Of a stretch of 64,000 nucleotides of DNA, positions 38,625 to 47,917 are shown piece by piece. The stretch spans positions 3,488,001 to 3,552,000 of the forward strand of contig OZ241907.1 in NCBI GenBank assembly GCA_965203515.1. Direction: 5' to 3'. The position numbers and the translations under genes were made by a program. The first letter of the stretch is position 1. The number at the start of each line of letters is the position of its first letter. Source of the DNA: Spirochaetia bacterium. Its GTDB lineage: Bacteria; Spirochaetota; Spirochaetia; SZUA-6; Bin103. The notes under the pieces were generated by a model. That model saw only the letters and a program-made list of their open reading frames with translations, was not told the DNA's origin and did not search any database.

Positions 38625-39749
38625 ATGGTGGCGGGAAGCGAGGCGGCGGCCCTGGAGGCCGAGGCGGCGGCCCCGGAGGCCGAGGCGGCGGTCTTCGACG
38701 CGCTGTCCGGGGAGCCGATCCGGGCCGCGCGGGGCGCGCCGGGGATCGAGGTGTCCGCCGGCGCGGCGCTGGTGAGCGGGCCGGCGCTGTTCGATCCGCA
38801 GGTCAACGGCTTCGCCGGCGTCGACTTCAAGAGCGCCGGCCTGACGGCCGACGCCGTCGAGCACGCCGCTGCGGCGCTCGCCGCGGCCGGCTGCTCGCAC
38901 TTCCTGCCGACCGTGACCACGGCGGCCGTGGATCGGATGGAAGCGCAGCTCGCCGCGCTGGCCGCCGCTCGGACCGGCCGCGTGCGGGACGCGGTGCCGG
39001 GGTTCCACGTGGAGGGGCCGTTTCTGAGCCCGATCGAAGGGTTTCGCGGCGCGCACGATCCGGCCTGCATGCGCCATCCCGATCCGACCGTGTACGAACG
39101 GCTGCAGCGGGCCGCCGGCGGCCGCATCGTCATGCTCACCCTGGCGCCGGAGCTGCCCGGCGCGGTGGAGCTGATCCGGCGCGCCGCGGCCGACGGCGTG
39201 ACCGTCTGCGCCGGGCACAGCGACGCCGGCGGCGCCGAGCTGGAGGCGGCGGTGCGCGCGGGACTGCGGCTCTGGACCCACCTCGGCAACGGCTGCCCGG
39301 TCCGGTTGCATCGCCACGACAACGTGATCAACCGCGCGCTGGCCTGCCCGGAGTTGGCCGCGTCGGTCATCCCGGACGGCATCCATCTGCCGCCGGCGGC
39401 GCTCGGCCGGCTCACCGCCGGCCTGGGGCCGAGCCGGCTGATCGCCACCACCGACGCCATGGCGGCCGCCGGGGCGCCGCCCGGCATCTATTCGCTGGGA
39501 GACAAGCGGCTGGAGGTCGGCGCGGACCGGGTCGTCCGCGACGTGGGCGGCACCTACTTCGCCGGCTCTTCCCTGACGCCGCTGGAGGGCCTCTACAACC
39601 TGGTGCGCATCGGCGGCCTGGGAATGCAGGCCGCGTGGCGCGCCTGGACCTGGCTGCGCGATCGCATGTTCCCCGCGCTCGATGCGCCGCGCATCGCCGT
39701 CCCGTTCCCGGTGGGCCACGCCGCCGGCGCGTCCGTGGAGCCGCGTTGA
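38625..39749 (+). CDS. nagA: N-acetylglucosamine-6-phosphate deacetylase-like amidohydrolase
   Basis: DPQVNGFAGVDF, HVEGPF, GAH, TLAPE, GHS, THLGN, DGIH, TDAM; start uncertain. Confidence 0.85.
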   Translation: MVAGSEAAALEAEAAAPEAEAAVFDALSGEPIRAARGAPGIEVSAGAALVSGPALFDPQVNGFAGVDFKSAGLTADAVEHAAAALAAAGCSHFLPTVTTAAVDRMEAQLAALAAARTGRVRDAVPGFHVEGPFLSPIEGFRGAHDPACMRHPDPTVYERLQRAAGGRIVMLTLAPELPGAVELIRRAAADGVTVCAGHSDAGGAELEAAVRAGLRLWTHLGNGCPVRLHRHDNVINRALACPELAASVIPDGIHLPPAALGRLTAGLGPSRLIATTDAMAAAGAPPGIYSLGDKRLEVGADRVVRDVGGTYFAGSSLTPLEGLYNLVRIGGLGMQAAWRAWTWLRDRMFPALDAPRIAVPFPVGHAAGASVEPR

Positions 39750-40876
39750 TGGAGCTCGAAGTGACCGCGAAGGTATCGGTCGAGCGGCTGCGACTGGATC
39801 GAATGAACCCGCGATTGATCGGGCAGGCGGAGCACGCATCCGACGAGTCCATCATCGCGCGGCTCTACCGCGGCGCCGAGATCGACGAGCTCCTGCAGTC
39901 GATATCGACCAACGGATACCTCGACATCGAGCCGTTGGTAGTCGTGCGCGACGCCGAACGCCGTCGGCTGATCGTGTTGGAGGGCAATCGGAGAATCGCG
40001 GCGCTGCGCCTGTTGCGCGAAGTGGACCTCGCTGAACGGATAGCGTCGTCCGAGCGACTCCGCATCAAGGTCCCACCGGTCGATGAATCCTTGCGCGCCA
40101 CGTTCGACCAAGTCTCGGTATACCTGGTGGCAAGCCGTGAGCGAGCGCGTTCATTCATCGGCTTCAAGCACATCAACGGTCCCGCCAAGTGGGACGCATA
40201 CGCCAAGGCCAGATTCGCCGCCGACTGGTACAAGACGGAACGACCAGACGGCGTCAGCCTGGAGGACATCGCCCGCTCCATCGGCGATCGCCACGACACG
40301 ATCAAACGTATGGTTTCGGCGGTCTATGTCCTGGAGCAGGCCGAACGCGCGGAGCTGTTCGAAATCCAGGACCGCACTACGAAGAAGTTCAATTTTTCTC
40401 ATCTCTACACGGCTCTGTCGCGTTCTCAATACATGGAATACCTGGGGCTTGGCAGCACGTGGGTTCGTTACGATCCGTCACCCGATCCGGTCCCGGCGGA
40501 GCGACTCGACGAGCTGCGGAAGGTGTTGGCATGGATCTTCGGATCGAAGAAGAAGGACGCGCTGCCCGTCATACAGTCTCAGAACCCTGACATCAAACGC
40601 CTCGGCGAAGTGCTCGCGCACGCGGAAGCGCGTCACGTGCTCGAAACGACCCACAACCTCGATGAAGCGCACGAGAGCACGGAGGCGGTCGACATACGGT
40701 TTACCGCTTCGCTGTTGCGCGCACGAGATGCCATCCGAGATGCCGCCGGAGCCCTCCGTGCGTTTGACGGGCGGGACAGGTCTCTGCTCGACATCGCGGA
40801 GGACGTCAAGGAAACCGCCGACAGCGTGTACTCCAGCATGGAGAGAAAGCATCGTCGAGCGATGGCTTCCGAATGA
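39749..40876 (+). CDS. ParB/Sulfiredoxin-like N-terminal domain protein (cassette gene 1)
   Basis: LDRMNPR..ELLQSI..NGY..EPLVV..VLEGNRRIAAL (ParB/Srx GxRR motif), GFKHING..W; ATG overlaps the nagA TGA. Confidence 0.8.
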   Translation: MELEVTAKVSVERLRLDRMNPRLIGQAEHASDESIIARLYRGAEIDELLQSISTNGYLDIEPLVVVRDAERRRLIVLEGNRRIAALRLLREVDLAERIASSERLRIKVPPVDESLRATFDQVSVYLVASRERARSFIGFKHINGPAKWDAYAKARFAADWYKTERPDGVSLEDIARSIGDRHDTIKRMVSAVYVLEQAERAELFEIQDRTTKKFNFSHLYTALSRSQYMEYLGLGSTWVRYDPSPDPVPAERLDELRKVLAWIFGSKKKDALPVIQSQNPDIKRLGEVLAHAEARHVLETTHNLDEAHESTEAVDIRFTASLLRARDAIRDAAGALRAFDGRDRSLLDIAEDVKETADSVYSSMERKHRRAMASE

Positions 40877-41880
40877 CTCCGCGGCTGTATCTTCCGATCG
40901 ACACCGTGACCGGAGACGGAATCGATTTCGAGCGTGCCGCAGATTTTCTGGAACTCGTTGCGTTCTTTTCGGACGACGGGACCGCACTGACCTCGGAGCT
41001 CGCCAACTCCGCGTCGATCGGAGCCTCCGAAGACCATGCCGACCTGCACGACGAAATGGAGAACGGTGAAGAGGAGATCGTATCCGGTACCGTCAACCGG
41101 TTGGATCGTCGCCAACGCTCACTCGATAGGACATATCCATTTCGCATCGATGAAGGCGGCGACACCCTCACCTGCATTCTTGAGAACGATGCGTTCGGAC
41201 AAGCAGCGTATATCCTGAGCCTCGTGCTGTCCAACCTGCGATCGCTGTCTCCTGTTCTCGACGGTTCTCATCTTCATCCCGACGACGACGAAGTCCGAAA
41301 GCTGAGGGAGTATTTTCAGTTCTTCGCGACGGCCGCGCTTGCGGCGGAGGTGCATGGCGACGCGTGGTCATTCGGGTTCCCGCGACCGGATCGATCGCCG
41401 TTTCTCGACAAGCTGCGCCTGATCTGGCACCGACTTGGCGACGGCCGCGTCGGACGGCAGACCGGCGCTCCCGGACAACCGAAGGACGATCGGGTAGACG
41501 TATTTGCAGCACGCCCGCACGCAGATCGATTACCGGGATATCCGCTCGCCGCGGCACAGGTCGCGACCGGCCGGGATGCGGAGCAGAAGTCGTTGAAGGG
41601 TCATCTGAGCGCGTTCAAGAGCCGCTGGTTCGTCACCCAGCCGGTTACGGAGTTCATTGCCTACATGATCGTACCGTTCGCCGCGGCAGACAGCCGGTTC
41701 GTCGACTGGGTACGCACGAGGGGTAACGTTCTGCACCGGTTGAGACTGCCGTTGCGGGTCGAGGAGGCCAAGCGGCTCATAGCGGATGGCAGATCTATAG
41801 AGGGGTATGATCGGCTGCCTGATGTTGCGCGATGGGTCGCCCGATATCGTATGCGAACGGATGCGACGCATGCGACATAG
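40873..41880 (+). CDS. Hypothetical protein, possible PD-(D/E)xK restriction-endonuclease-like fold (cassette gene 2)
   Basis: ATGA-coupled to gene 1; YPF, FGFP, KDDRVDV..D..G..AQVATG resembles a D..Qx(K) core lacking the lysine; fold is inferred. Confidence 0.55.
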   Translation: MTPRLYLPIDTVTGDGIDFERAADFLELVAFFSDDGTALTSELANSASIGASEDHADLHDEMENGEEEIVSGTVNRLDRRQRSLDRTYPFRIDEGGDTLTCILENDAFGQAAYILSLVLSNLRSLSPVLDGSHLHPDDDEVRKLREYFQFFATAALAAEVHGDAWSFGFPRPDRSPFLDKLRLIWHRLGDGRVGRQTGAPGQPKDDRVDVFAARPHADRLPGYPLAAAQVATGRDAEQKSLKGHLSAFKSRWFVTQPVTEFIAYMIVPFAAADSRFVDWVRTRGNVLHRLRLPLRVEEAKRLIADGRSIEGYDRLPDVARWVARYRMRTDATHAT

Positions 41881-42958
41881 ATTCCATTCGATCTGTCCAT
41901 ACTTCGCGATGTTTCCGGAAACGTTCGTCGAGAAGCACTTGGCTGCGAGCCCACACGAAGGCATCGTCTTCGATCCGTTCTGCGGGCGGGGAACAGCGGT
42001 ATTCCAGGCGCTGCTGCAGGGTCGCGGGGCAGCGGGATGCGACGTGAATCCCGTGGCGGTCTGCATATCCGGTGCCAAGTGCGATCCGCCCGCGCAGTCC
42101 GCGGTCGCCGCTCGGATTGACGAACTCCGCCGCGAGGTCAAAGAGCCGGACGATGGGGCATGGCATGGCGACCTAGCGGAGTTCTTCGATCTTTGCTTTC
42201 ATCGGGACACGCTGCTGCAGGTTCGGTATCTGCGGTCGAAGCTGAACTGGCGGGGTCGTAAGGAAGATCGGTTCATCGCTGCGCTGTGTCTTGGCGCCCT
42301 GCACGGTGAATCCCATCGTTCGCCCAACTACTTCAGCAATCGAATGCCGCGGACGATCAGCACCAAGCCTGAATACTCGGTCCGATGGTGGCGGCGGAAG
42401 GGGTACGAGTCTCCCCGCCGCGACGTATTCGAGATCCTCGAGACATTGCTTGAATACAGATTTCGAACGCACCCACCGGACGGAGTCGGCACGGTCGTGC
42501 AGGCGGACGCGCGACGGGCGGCGGCCGCGTTCCCGGCGCTCGCCGGCCGCGTCACCGACGTGATCACCTCGCCACCGTATCTCGACACGACGAACTATCG
42601 TGAAGACCAATGGCTTCGTCTGTGGTTCCTTGGCAGCGATGCTGTCGTTCAGCACGACCGCCGGGACGATCGACACTACGAGGTGAATCGGTATTGGCGG
42701 TTCCTGCAGGCGTCGTTCCGCGGTTTGCGGCCGTTGCTTGCGGACGGCGCTCGCGTCGTCATTCGCATCGGCGGGCGAAGATTGCGCAAAGCGGACTTGA
42801 GATCGGGATTGCTGCGCTCTCTGAGACATGCGCTGAGCCGTGACGTGCGGCTGATCGATGACGGCGTAACGTCGGAGATAGGCAACACGCAGGCCAATTC
42901 CTTTCGCGGCGTCAAGGCGTCGCGTATCTTCGAGCACGATTTCTGCTTCGTCGCATGA
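41870..42958 (+). CDS. DNA amino-methyltransferase, motif I before motif IV, probably N4-cytosine (cassette gene 3)
   Basis: CPYFAMFP, VFDPFCGRGT, GCDVNP, VITSPPY; start may be 41861. Confidence 0.85.
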   Translation: MRHRFHSICPYFAMFPETFVEKHLAASPHEGIVFDPFCGRGTAVFQALLQGRGAAGCDVNPVAVCISGAKCDPPAQSAVAARIDELRREVKEPDDGAWHGDLAEFFDLCFHRDTLLQVRYLRSKLNWRGRKEDRFIAALCLGALHGESHRSPNYFSNRMPRTISTKPEYSVRWWRRKGYESPRRDVFEILETLLEYRFRTHPPDGVGTVVQADARRAAAAFPALAGRVTDVITSPPYLDTTNYREDQWLRLWFLGSDAVVQHDRRDDRHYEVNRYWRFLQASFRGLRPLLADGARVVIRIGGRRLRKADLRSGLLRSLRHALSRDVRLIDDGVTSEIGNTQANSFRGVKASRIFEHDFCFVA

Positions 42959-44130
42959 CGGCGATGATCCGGCTCGGCGTGATCGGTTGCGGGGGCCGCG
43001 CCGGCGCCCTGGTGCGGCAGATCGCCCAGATCGACCCGGCGGTGGAGCTGGTCGGCGTGCTCGACCCGGACGCCGCCGGCGTCCGCTCGCGGCTGCCGGC
43101 GCGGTTCGCCGACACGCGGTTCTACGATTCGGTCGGAGCGCTCGCCCGCGGCGCGCGGCCCACGGCGCTGCTGATCGGCACCCGCTGCCACCTGCATACC
43201 GAGTACGCGCTCGAGGTGCTCGACCTCGACCTGCCGCTGTTCCTGGAGAAGCCGGTCGCCGTCTCCATGGATCAGGCGCGGCGCCTGGAGGCCGCCTACG
43301 CCGGACGGTACGACCGCGTGGTGGTGAGCTTTCCCCTGCGCGTCTCGGCGCTGACGGAGTTGATCGCCGGTCGCATCCGCGGCGGCGCGGTGGGGCCGCC
43401 CGAACACGTCGCCGCCACCAACTACGTCAGCTACGGGACCGTCTATTGGGAGCAGGGCTACCGCGACTTCTCCATCACGCAGGGCCTGTTCGTGCAGAAG
43501 GCGACGCACGACTTCGACTACCTCGCCATGCTGATCGGTTCGCCGATCACGCAAGTCGCGGCGATGGGCAACTACGGCCGCGTCTTCGGCGGCGACAAGC
43601 CGCCCGGCCTGCGCTGTTCGGCGTGCGGCGAGACCGCCGCGTGCCCGGAGAGCCCGGAGAACCGGCGGCGCAACGGCCTGGCGACCGCCGACGACCATCC
43701 GTGCCTGTTCTCGTCCGACACGCGCACCGCCGAGGGCACCAACGAGGATTGCTCCACCGCGCTGCTGCGGTTCGCCTCCGGCGCGCACGGCGCCTATACG
43801 CAGGTCTTCTTCACGCGGCGCGGCGCGCACCGGCGCGGCGCCGTGATCTCCGGTTACCGGGGCACGATCGAGTTCGACTGGTACCGCTCCGACTACCGGG
43901 AGGTGCGCCACCACGACCGCTTCACCGAGCACGGCCGTCTGGAGGCCGGCGAAGGCGGCCACCACGGCGGCGACGCCAACCTGCTGCGCGACTTCCTGGC
44001 GCTGGCGCGCGACGGCGCGCCCCCGCGCGCCGACCTGCGCTGCGGCCTCGCCAGCATCTACGCGTCGCTCGCCGCCAAGGAGTCGGCCGCCGCCGGCCGC
44101 TTCGTGAACGTGCGGCAGATCGGAGAATAG
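42955..44130 (+). CDS. Gfo/Idh/MocA family oxidoreductase
   Basis: LGVIGCGGR, LFLEKP, KATHDFD, HHGGD. Confidence 0.9.
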   Translation: MTAMIRLGVIGCGGRAGALVRQIAQIDPAVELVGVLDPDAAGVRSRLPARFADTRFYDSVGALARGARPTALLIGTRCHLHTEYALEVLDLDLPLFLEKPVAVSMDQARRLEAAYAGRYDRVVVSFPLRVSALTELIAGRIRGGAVGPPEHVAATNYVSYGTVYWEQGYRDFSITQGLFVQKATHDFDYLAMLIGSPITQVAAMGNYGRVFGGDKPPGLRCSACGETAACPESPENRRRNGLATADDHPCLFSSDTRTAEGTNEDCSTALLRFASGAHGAYTQVFFTRRGAHRRGAVISGYRGTIEFDWYRSDYREVRHHDRFTEHGRLEAGEGGHHGGDANLLRDFLALARDGAPPRADLRCGLASIYASLAAKESAAAGRFVNVRQIGE

Positions 44131-44148
44131 GCCCTAGGCGACCCGCAC

Positions 44149-45072
44149 TCAGGAGCTCACCCGGTCGAGGATATTGTAGATCGCTTGCCCATCCAGGCTG
44201 TATCTCCACGTCATGGAGGTTCGATCGACCGTATAGTATATGGGAAGTATCCGAACGATCTGCCGGTTCATGCCATCCGCCAGACCGGGACCGACCGCTG
44301 TCGGTGTCCCGTCCCGGTCGTATATGCGGACCGCGGCGACCTGCATGGCGGCCAAGCCGGTCGGCGTAGCCTCATAGGTGTAATCGATCCGCATCGTTCC
44401 CGATGCCAGGCAATCGGAACGAGATCCGTCCGCGCGCAGCATGGTGACGCAGAGCCCTTCGGCGATCGTCAGTTCCATGCGCAGCGACGCGCGCGTTATG
44501 TCCAGGGTGATCCAAGGCGCATTACCCACCTGCCAGTTCCCGATCAGCAGCTCTTGCGGATCATGGCGCGCCGCCGTCACCGAACCCGCGGCCGTATCGA
44601 CCGCGCCGGTGCATGCGAGTATGGCGGCGATCACGTCCGCGGAGAACGCTTCCCCGGCCGTCGCCGTGATGGCGCAACCCGTGTACCGGGAAAGCTCCGC
44701 CCCGGCCAGCCGCTCCCGGTCGCGCTCGACGCCGGTGACGCTCAGCGTCACCGCGGCGCCGGCAGCGGTGACGTCACCGGTGAATACCAACCACGCAGCC
44801 GGCGGGTGGCCGCCGGCAAGTGCCGGTCGAAGCGCGGGCGACGCGGCCGCGGCGCCCGGGTCCGCAGCCGCGTCGGCGGGCTTCGTGAACGTCACGGCCG
44901 TGAAGGAGACCTCCCGGACGTCGAGATTGACCGCCGTCGGTCCGGCGACGGCGCCATAGCGCCCCACGTAGCCGGTCGGCGACGTCGGCGCCATCCGGCC
45001 GCAGCCGACCAGGACCGCGGCCGTCACGGCGAAGGCGAGCAGATGCAACGGACGATACGAACTCCCGGCCAT
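44149..45072 (-). CDS. Hypothetical lipoprotein
   Basis: GGAGG RBS, signal ending VLVG-C; no family recognised. Confidence 0.6.
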   Translation of the reverse strand: MAGSSYRPLHLLAFAVTAAVLVGCGRMAPTSPTGYVGRYGAVAGPTAVNLDVREVSFTAVTFTKPADAAADPGAAAASPALRPALAGGHPPAAWLVFTGDVTAAGAAVTLSVTGVERDRERLAGAELSRYTGCAITATAGEAFSADVIAAILACTGAVDTAAGSVTAARHDPQELLIGNWQVGNAPWITLDITRASLRMELTIAEGLCVTMLRADGSRSDCLASGTMRIDYTYEATPTGLAAMQVAAVRIYDRDGTPTAVGPGLADGMNRQIVRILPIYYTVDRTSMTWRYSLDGQAIYNILDRVSS

Positions 45073-45238
45073 CCGGACCTCCCTGCAGGCATGGATCGTA
45101 CGGACGTTCTCGACCTTGCCTTGCGAGCGGGCGCGCACGCAAGGGCGAAACGGGGTAAGATGGCAGGCGGCCGGAGCGGGCGCGGATGCCCGGCCGGCCC
45201 TGACTCACCACACAACGACCGCAACGACAGGAAACGCC

Positions 45239-46600
45239 ATGAACCACCTTCAGTTCCTTCGTCGGGGCAGCGTACGGTTGCCCCTGATCCTCGGCCTGCT
45301 GATGGCCGGATCGAGCGCCGCGTACGCGGCCGTCGCCGCAGAGACCGCCTTCGTCCTCAACACGTTCTCGTTCCTGCTCTGGGGCGCCCTGGTGATGTGG
45401 ATGGCGGCCGGCTTCACCATGCTGGAATCCGGCTCCGTTCGCACCAAGAACGCCTCCGTGATCTGCCTGAAGAACATCGGCCTCTACTCGATCGCCGGAC
45501 TGGCGTACTACATCGTCGGCTACAGCCTCATGTATACCGACGTGAGCGGCATCATCGGCTCCTTCAAGCTCTTCTACCGGCCGTCGCCCGAGGAGATCGC
45601 CCTGCTCGACGGCAGCGGCGACGCGTCGGCCGTGATCGAGAACGGCTACTCGGTCATGTCGGACTGGTTCTTCCAGATGGTCTTCGTCGCCACCGCCGCC
45701 TCCATCGTGTCGGGCGCGCTGGCCGAACGGGTCAAGATGTGGCCGTTCTTCCTCTTCACGCTGCTTCTGACCGCCATCATCTACCCGGTCGTGGGGGCGT
45801 GGACCTGGGGCGGCGGCTGGCTGGCCAGCATGGGATTCCAGGACTTCGCCGGCTCGACGATCGTGCACGGCACCGGCGGCTGGGCGGCCCTGGCCGGCGT
45901 GCTGGTGGTCGGACCGCGCTTGGGCAAGTTCAAGCGCGACGGCTCGGTCAAGCCGACGCCGCCCTCCAACGTCGTGGTGGTGACGCTGGGCGTGTTCGTG
46001 CTCTGGTTCGGGTGGTTCGGGTTCAACGGCGGCTCGCAGCTCGCGTTGGGCAGCGCGGCGGACGTGGTGGCGATGGGGCACGTGCTGGTCAACACCAACC
46101 TGGCGGCCGCCGGCGGCGTCGTGACGGCGCTGGCGTTTTCCCGCTTCATCCTGGGCCGCATGGACATGTTCGCCGGCCTGAACGGCGCGATCGCGGGCCT
46201 GGTGGCGATCACCGCCGGCCCCGACATCACCGCCCACTTCTGGGCGATCGTCATCGGCGCCATCGGCGGCATCATCTGCACGGCCGGCATCAAGCTGCTG
46301 GAGAAGCTCAAGCTCGACGACGTGGTCGGCGCGGTGCCCGCGCACCTGTTCGCCGGCATCTGGGGTACCTTGGCGGTCTGCATCGCCGCCGGCGGCAACT
46401 TCGGCGTACAGCTCCTGGGCGTGGTGGCGGTCGGCGCCTTCGTGTTCGTGGTGTCGCTGGCGCTCTGGCTCGTGCTCAGGGCCGTGCTGAGCGTGCGGGT
46501 GTCGCGGAAGGTCGAGCAGCTCGGCCAGGACGTCGCCGAGCTGAAGATCGAAGCCTATCCGGAGTTCGTGCTCATGCCGGAGGAAGAAGACGAGGAGTGA
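45239..46600 (+). CDS. amt: Ammonium transporter
   Basis: FQMVF, SGALAER, DFAGSTIVH, GWFGFNGGS, DDVVGAVPAH (twin His). Confidence 0.95.
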   Translation: MNHLQFLRRGSVRLPLILGLLMAGSSAAYAAVAAETAFVLNTFSFLLWGALVMWMAAGFTMLESGSVRTKNASVICLKNIGLYSIAGLAYYIVGYSLMYTDVSGIIGSFKLFYRPSPEEIALLDGSGDASAVIENGYSVMSDWFFQMVFVATAASIVSGALAERVKMWPFFLFTLLLTAIIYPVVGAWTWGGGWLASMGFQDFAGSTIVHGTGGWAALAGVLVVGPRLGKFKRDGSVKPTPPSNVVVVTLGVFVLWFGWFGFNGGSQLALGSAADVVAMGHVLVNTNLAAAGGVVTALAFSRFILGRMDMFAGLNGAIAGLVAITAGPDITAHFWAIVIGAIGGIICTAGIKLLEKLKLDDVVGAVPAHLFAGIWGTLAVCIAAGGNFGVQLLGVVAVGAFVFVVSLALWLVLRAVLSVRVSRKVEQLGQDVAELKIEAYPEFVLMPEEEDEE

Positions 46601-46687
46601 GGTCCGGGCGGCGCGGATAGTCCGGCGGAGCGGAGGTCCGGCGCGTGGAACCACGCCGGATCATCCGCTACCGTAGCGGCCACAGCC

Positions 46688-47125
46688 ATGACCGCAGTCG
46701 CCGACCACGTGGCGCTCAGCGTCCGCGACCTGGACGCCTCGATCGCCTTCTACCGCGATCTGCTGGGCTTCGAGGTGCGCCGCGTCATCGAGGTGCCGCC
46801 GGAGATGAATCTGGGCGGCATCGCCGGGCTGCCGGCGTGCACGGCCCGCATCGCCCACCTGTTTCAGGGCCCGCTGATGCTGGAACTGTTCCACTACCTG
46901 GAACCGGAGGGCCGGCCGGCGGGCGACCGCACGCAGGCCGACCGCGGATTCTCCCACCTGGGCTTCCGGTGCAGGGACATCCGCGCCGACATCGATCGGT
47001 TGCGGCAGGCGGGAGTCGACATGGCAGGCGAGCTGGTGGAGTTTCGCCCGGAGGTATGGGTGCAGTATTTCTACGGACCGGACCGCGAAGTGTTGGAGCT
47101 GCGGCAGCTCCCGGACGCCGGATGA
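46688..47125 (+). CDS. VOC/glyoxalase family protein
   Basis: DHVALSVRDL..S..FY..LLG, LELF, HLGF, GPD..LEL. Confidence 0.88.
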   Translation: MTAVADHVALSVRDLDASIAFYRDLLGFEVRRVIEVPPEMNLGGIAGLPACTARIAHLFQGPLMLELFHYLEPEGRPAGDRTQADRGFSHLGFRCRDIRADIDRLRQAGVDMAGELVEFRPEVWVQYFYGPDREVLELRQLPDAG

Positions 47126-47135
47126 GGAAATCGGC

Positions 47136-47879
47136 ATGAGCGGCCGGCGGGCGGCGCTGGTGACCGGCGGGGCGACCGGCATCGGCCGGCGGATCGCCGC
47201 GACGCTGGCTCGCGACGGCGCCGACGTGGCGATCGCGGACCTGAACGTGGAGCAGGCCGCGGTCACCGCCGCGGAGGTGGAACGGGCCGGCGGGCGGGCG
47301 GTCTGCGTGCGCACCGACGTGGCGGACGAAGCCGAGCTGCTGGCGCTGTTCGCCGCCGTCGACCGCGAGTTCGGCCGTCTGGACATCCTGGTCAACAACG
47401 CCGGCATCTGCGAGCTGACGCCGATCCTGGAGCTCACGACGGACGCCTGGGACCGCATGATGGCGATCAACCTGCGCGGCGCCTTCATCGCCGGCCGCGA
47501 GGCGTTCCGCCGCATGAAGGACGCCGGCGGCGGCCGCATCGTCAGCATCGCCTCCATGGCCGGCAAGATGGGCGGGGCGGCGGCCGGCGCCCACTACTCG
47601 GCGTCCAAGGCCGGCGTCATCTGCCTGACCAAGTCGCTGGCGCTGCAGGCCGCTCCGTACCGCATCACCGCCAATGCGGTGGCGCCGGGGCCGATCGACA
47701 CGCCGTTGACGCGGGCATGGGGGGAGGAGACCAACCGGGAGTTCGCCGCCAAGATCCCGCTGGGCGCCTTCGGCGAGCCCGAAGACGTCGCCGAGGTGGT
47801 CGCCTTCCTGGCATCCGATCGCGCCCGCTTCATCACGGGCGAGATCATCGACGTCAACGGCGGCTTCCTCATGGACTGA
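47136..47879 (+). CDS. SDR family oxidoreductase
   Basis: TGGATGIG, NNAG, YSASK, NAVAPG. Confidence 0.93.
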   Translation: MSGRRAALVTGGATGIGRRIAATLARDGADVAIADLNVEQAAVTAAEVERAGGRAVCVRTDVADEAELLALFAAVDREFGRLDILVNNAGICELTPILELTTDAWDRMMAINLRGAFIAGREAFRRMKDAGGGRIVSIASMAGKMGGAAAGAHYSASKAGVICLTKSLALQAAPYRITANAVAPGPIDTPLTRAWGEETNREFAAKIPLGAFGEPEDVAEVVAFLASDRARFITGEIIDVNGGFLMD

Positions 47880-47917
47880 GCCGTACCGAGGAGTGCGAGG
47901 ATGGAGAGGATGGAGCA

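Noticed and set aside
39749..40876. Chromosome-partitioning parB
   Set aside because: No parA or parS context; similarity is limited to the N-terminal ParB/Srx motif, and the gene is coupled to a methyltransferase cassette.
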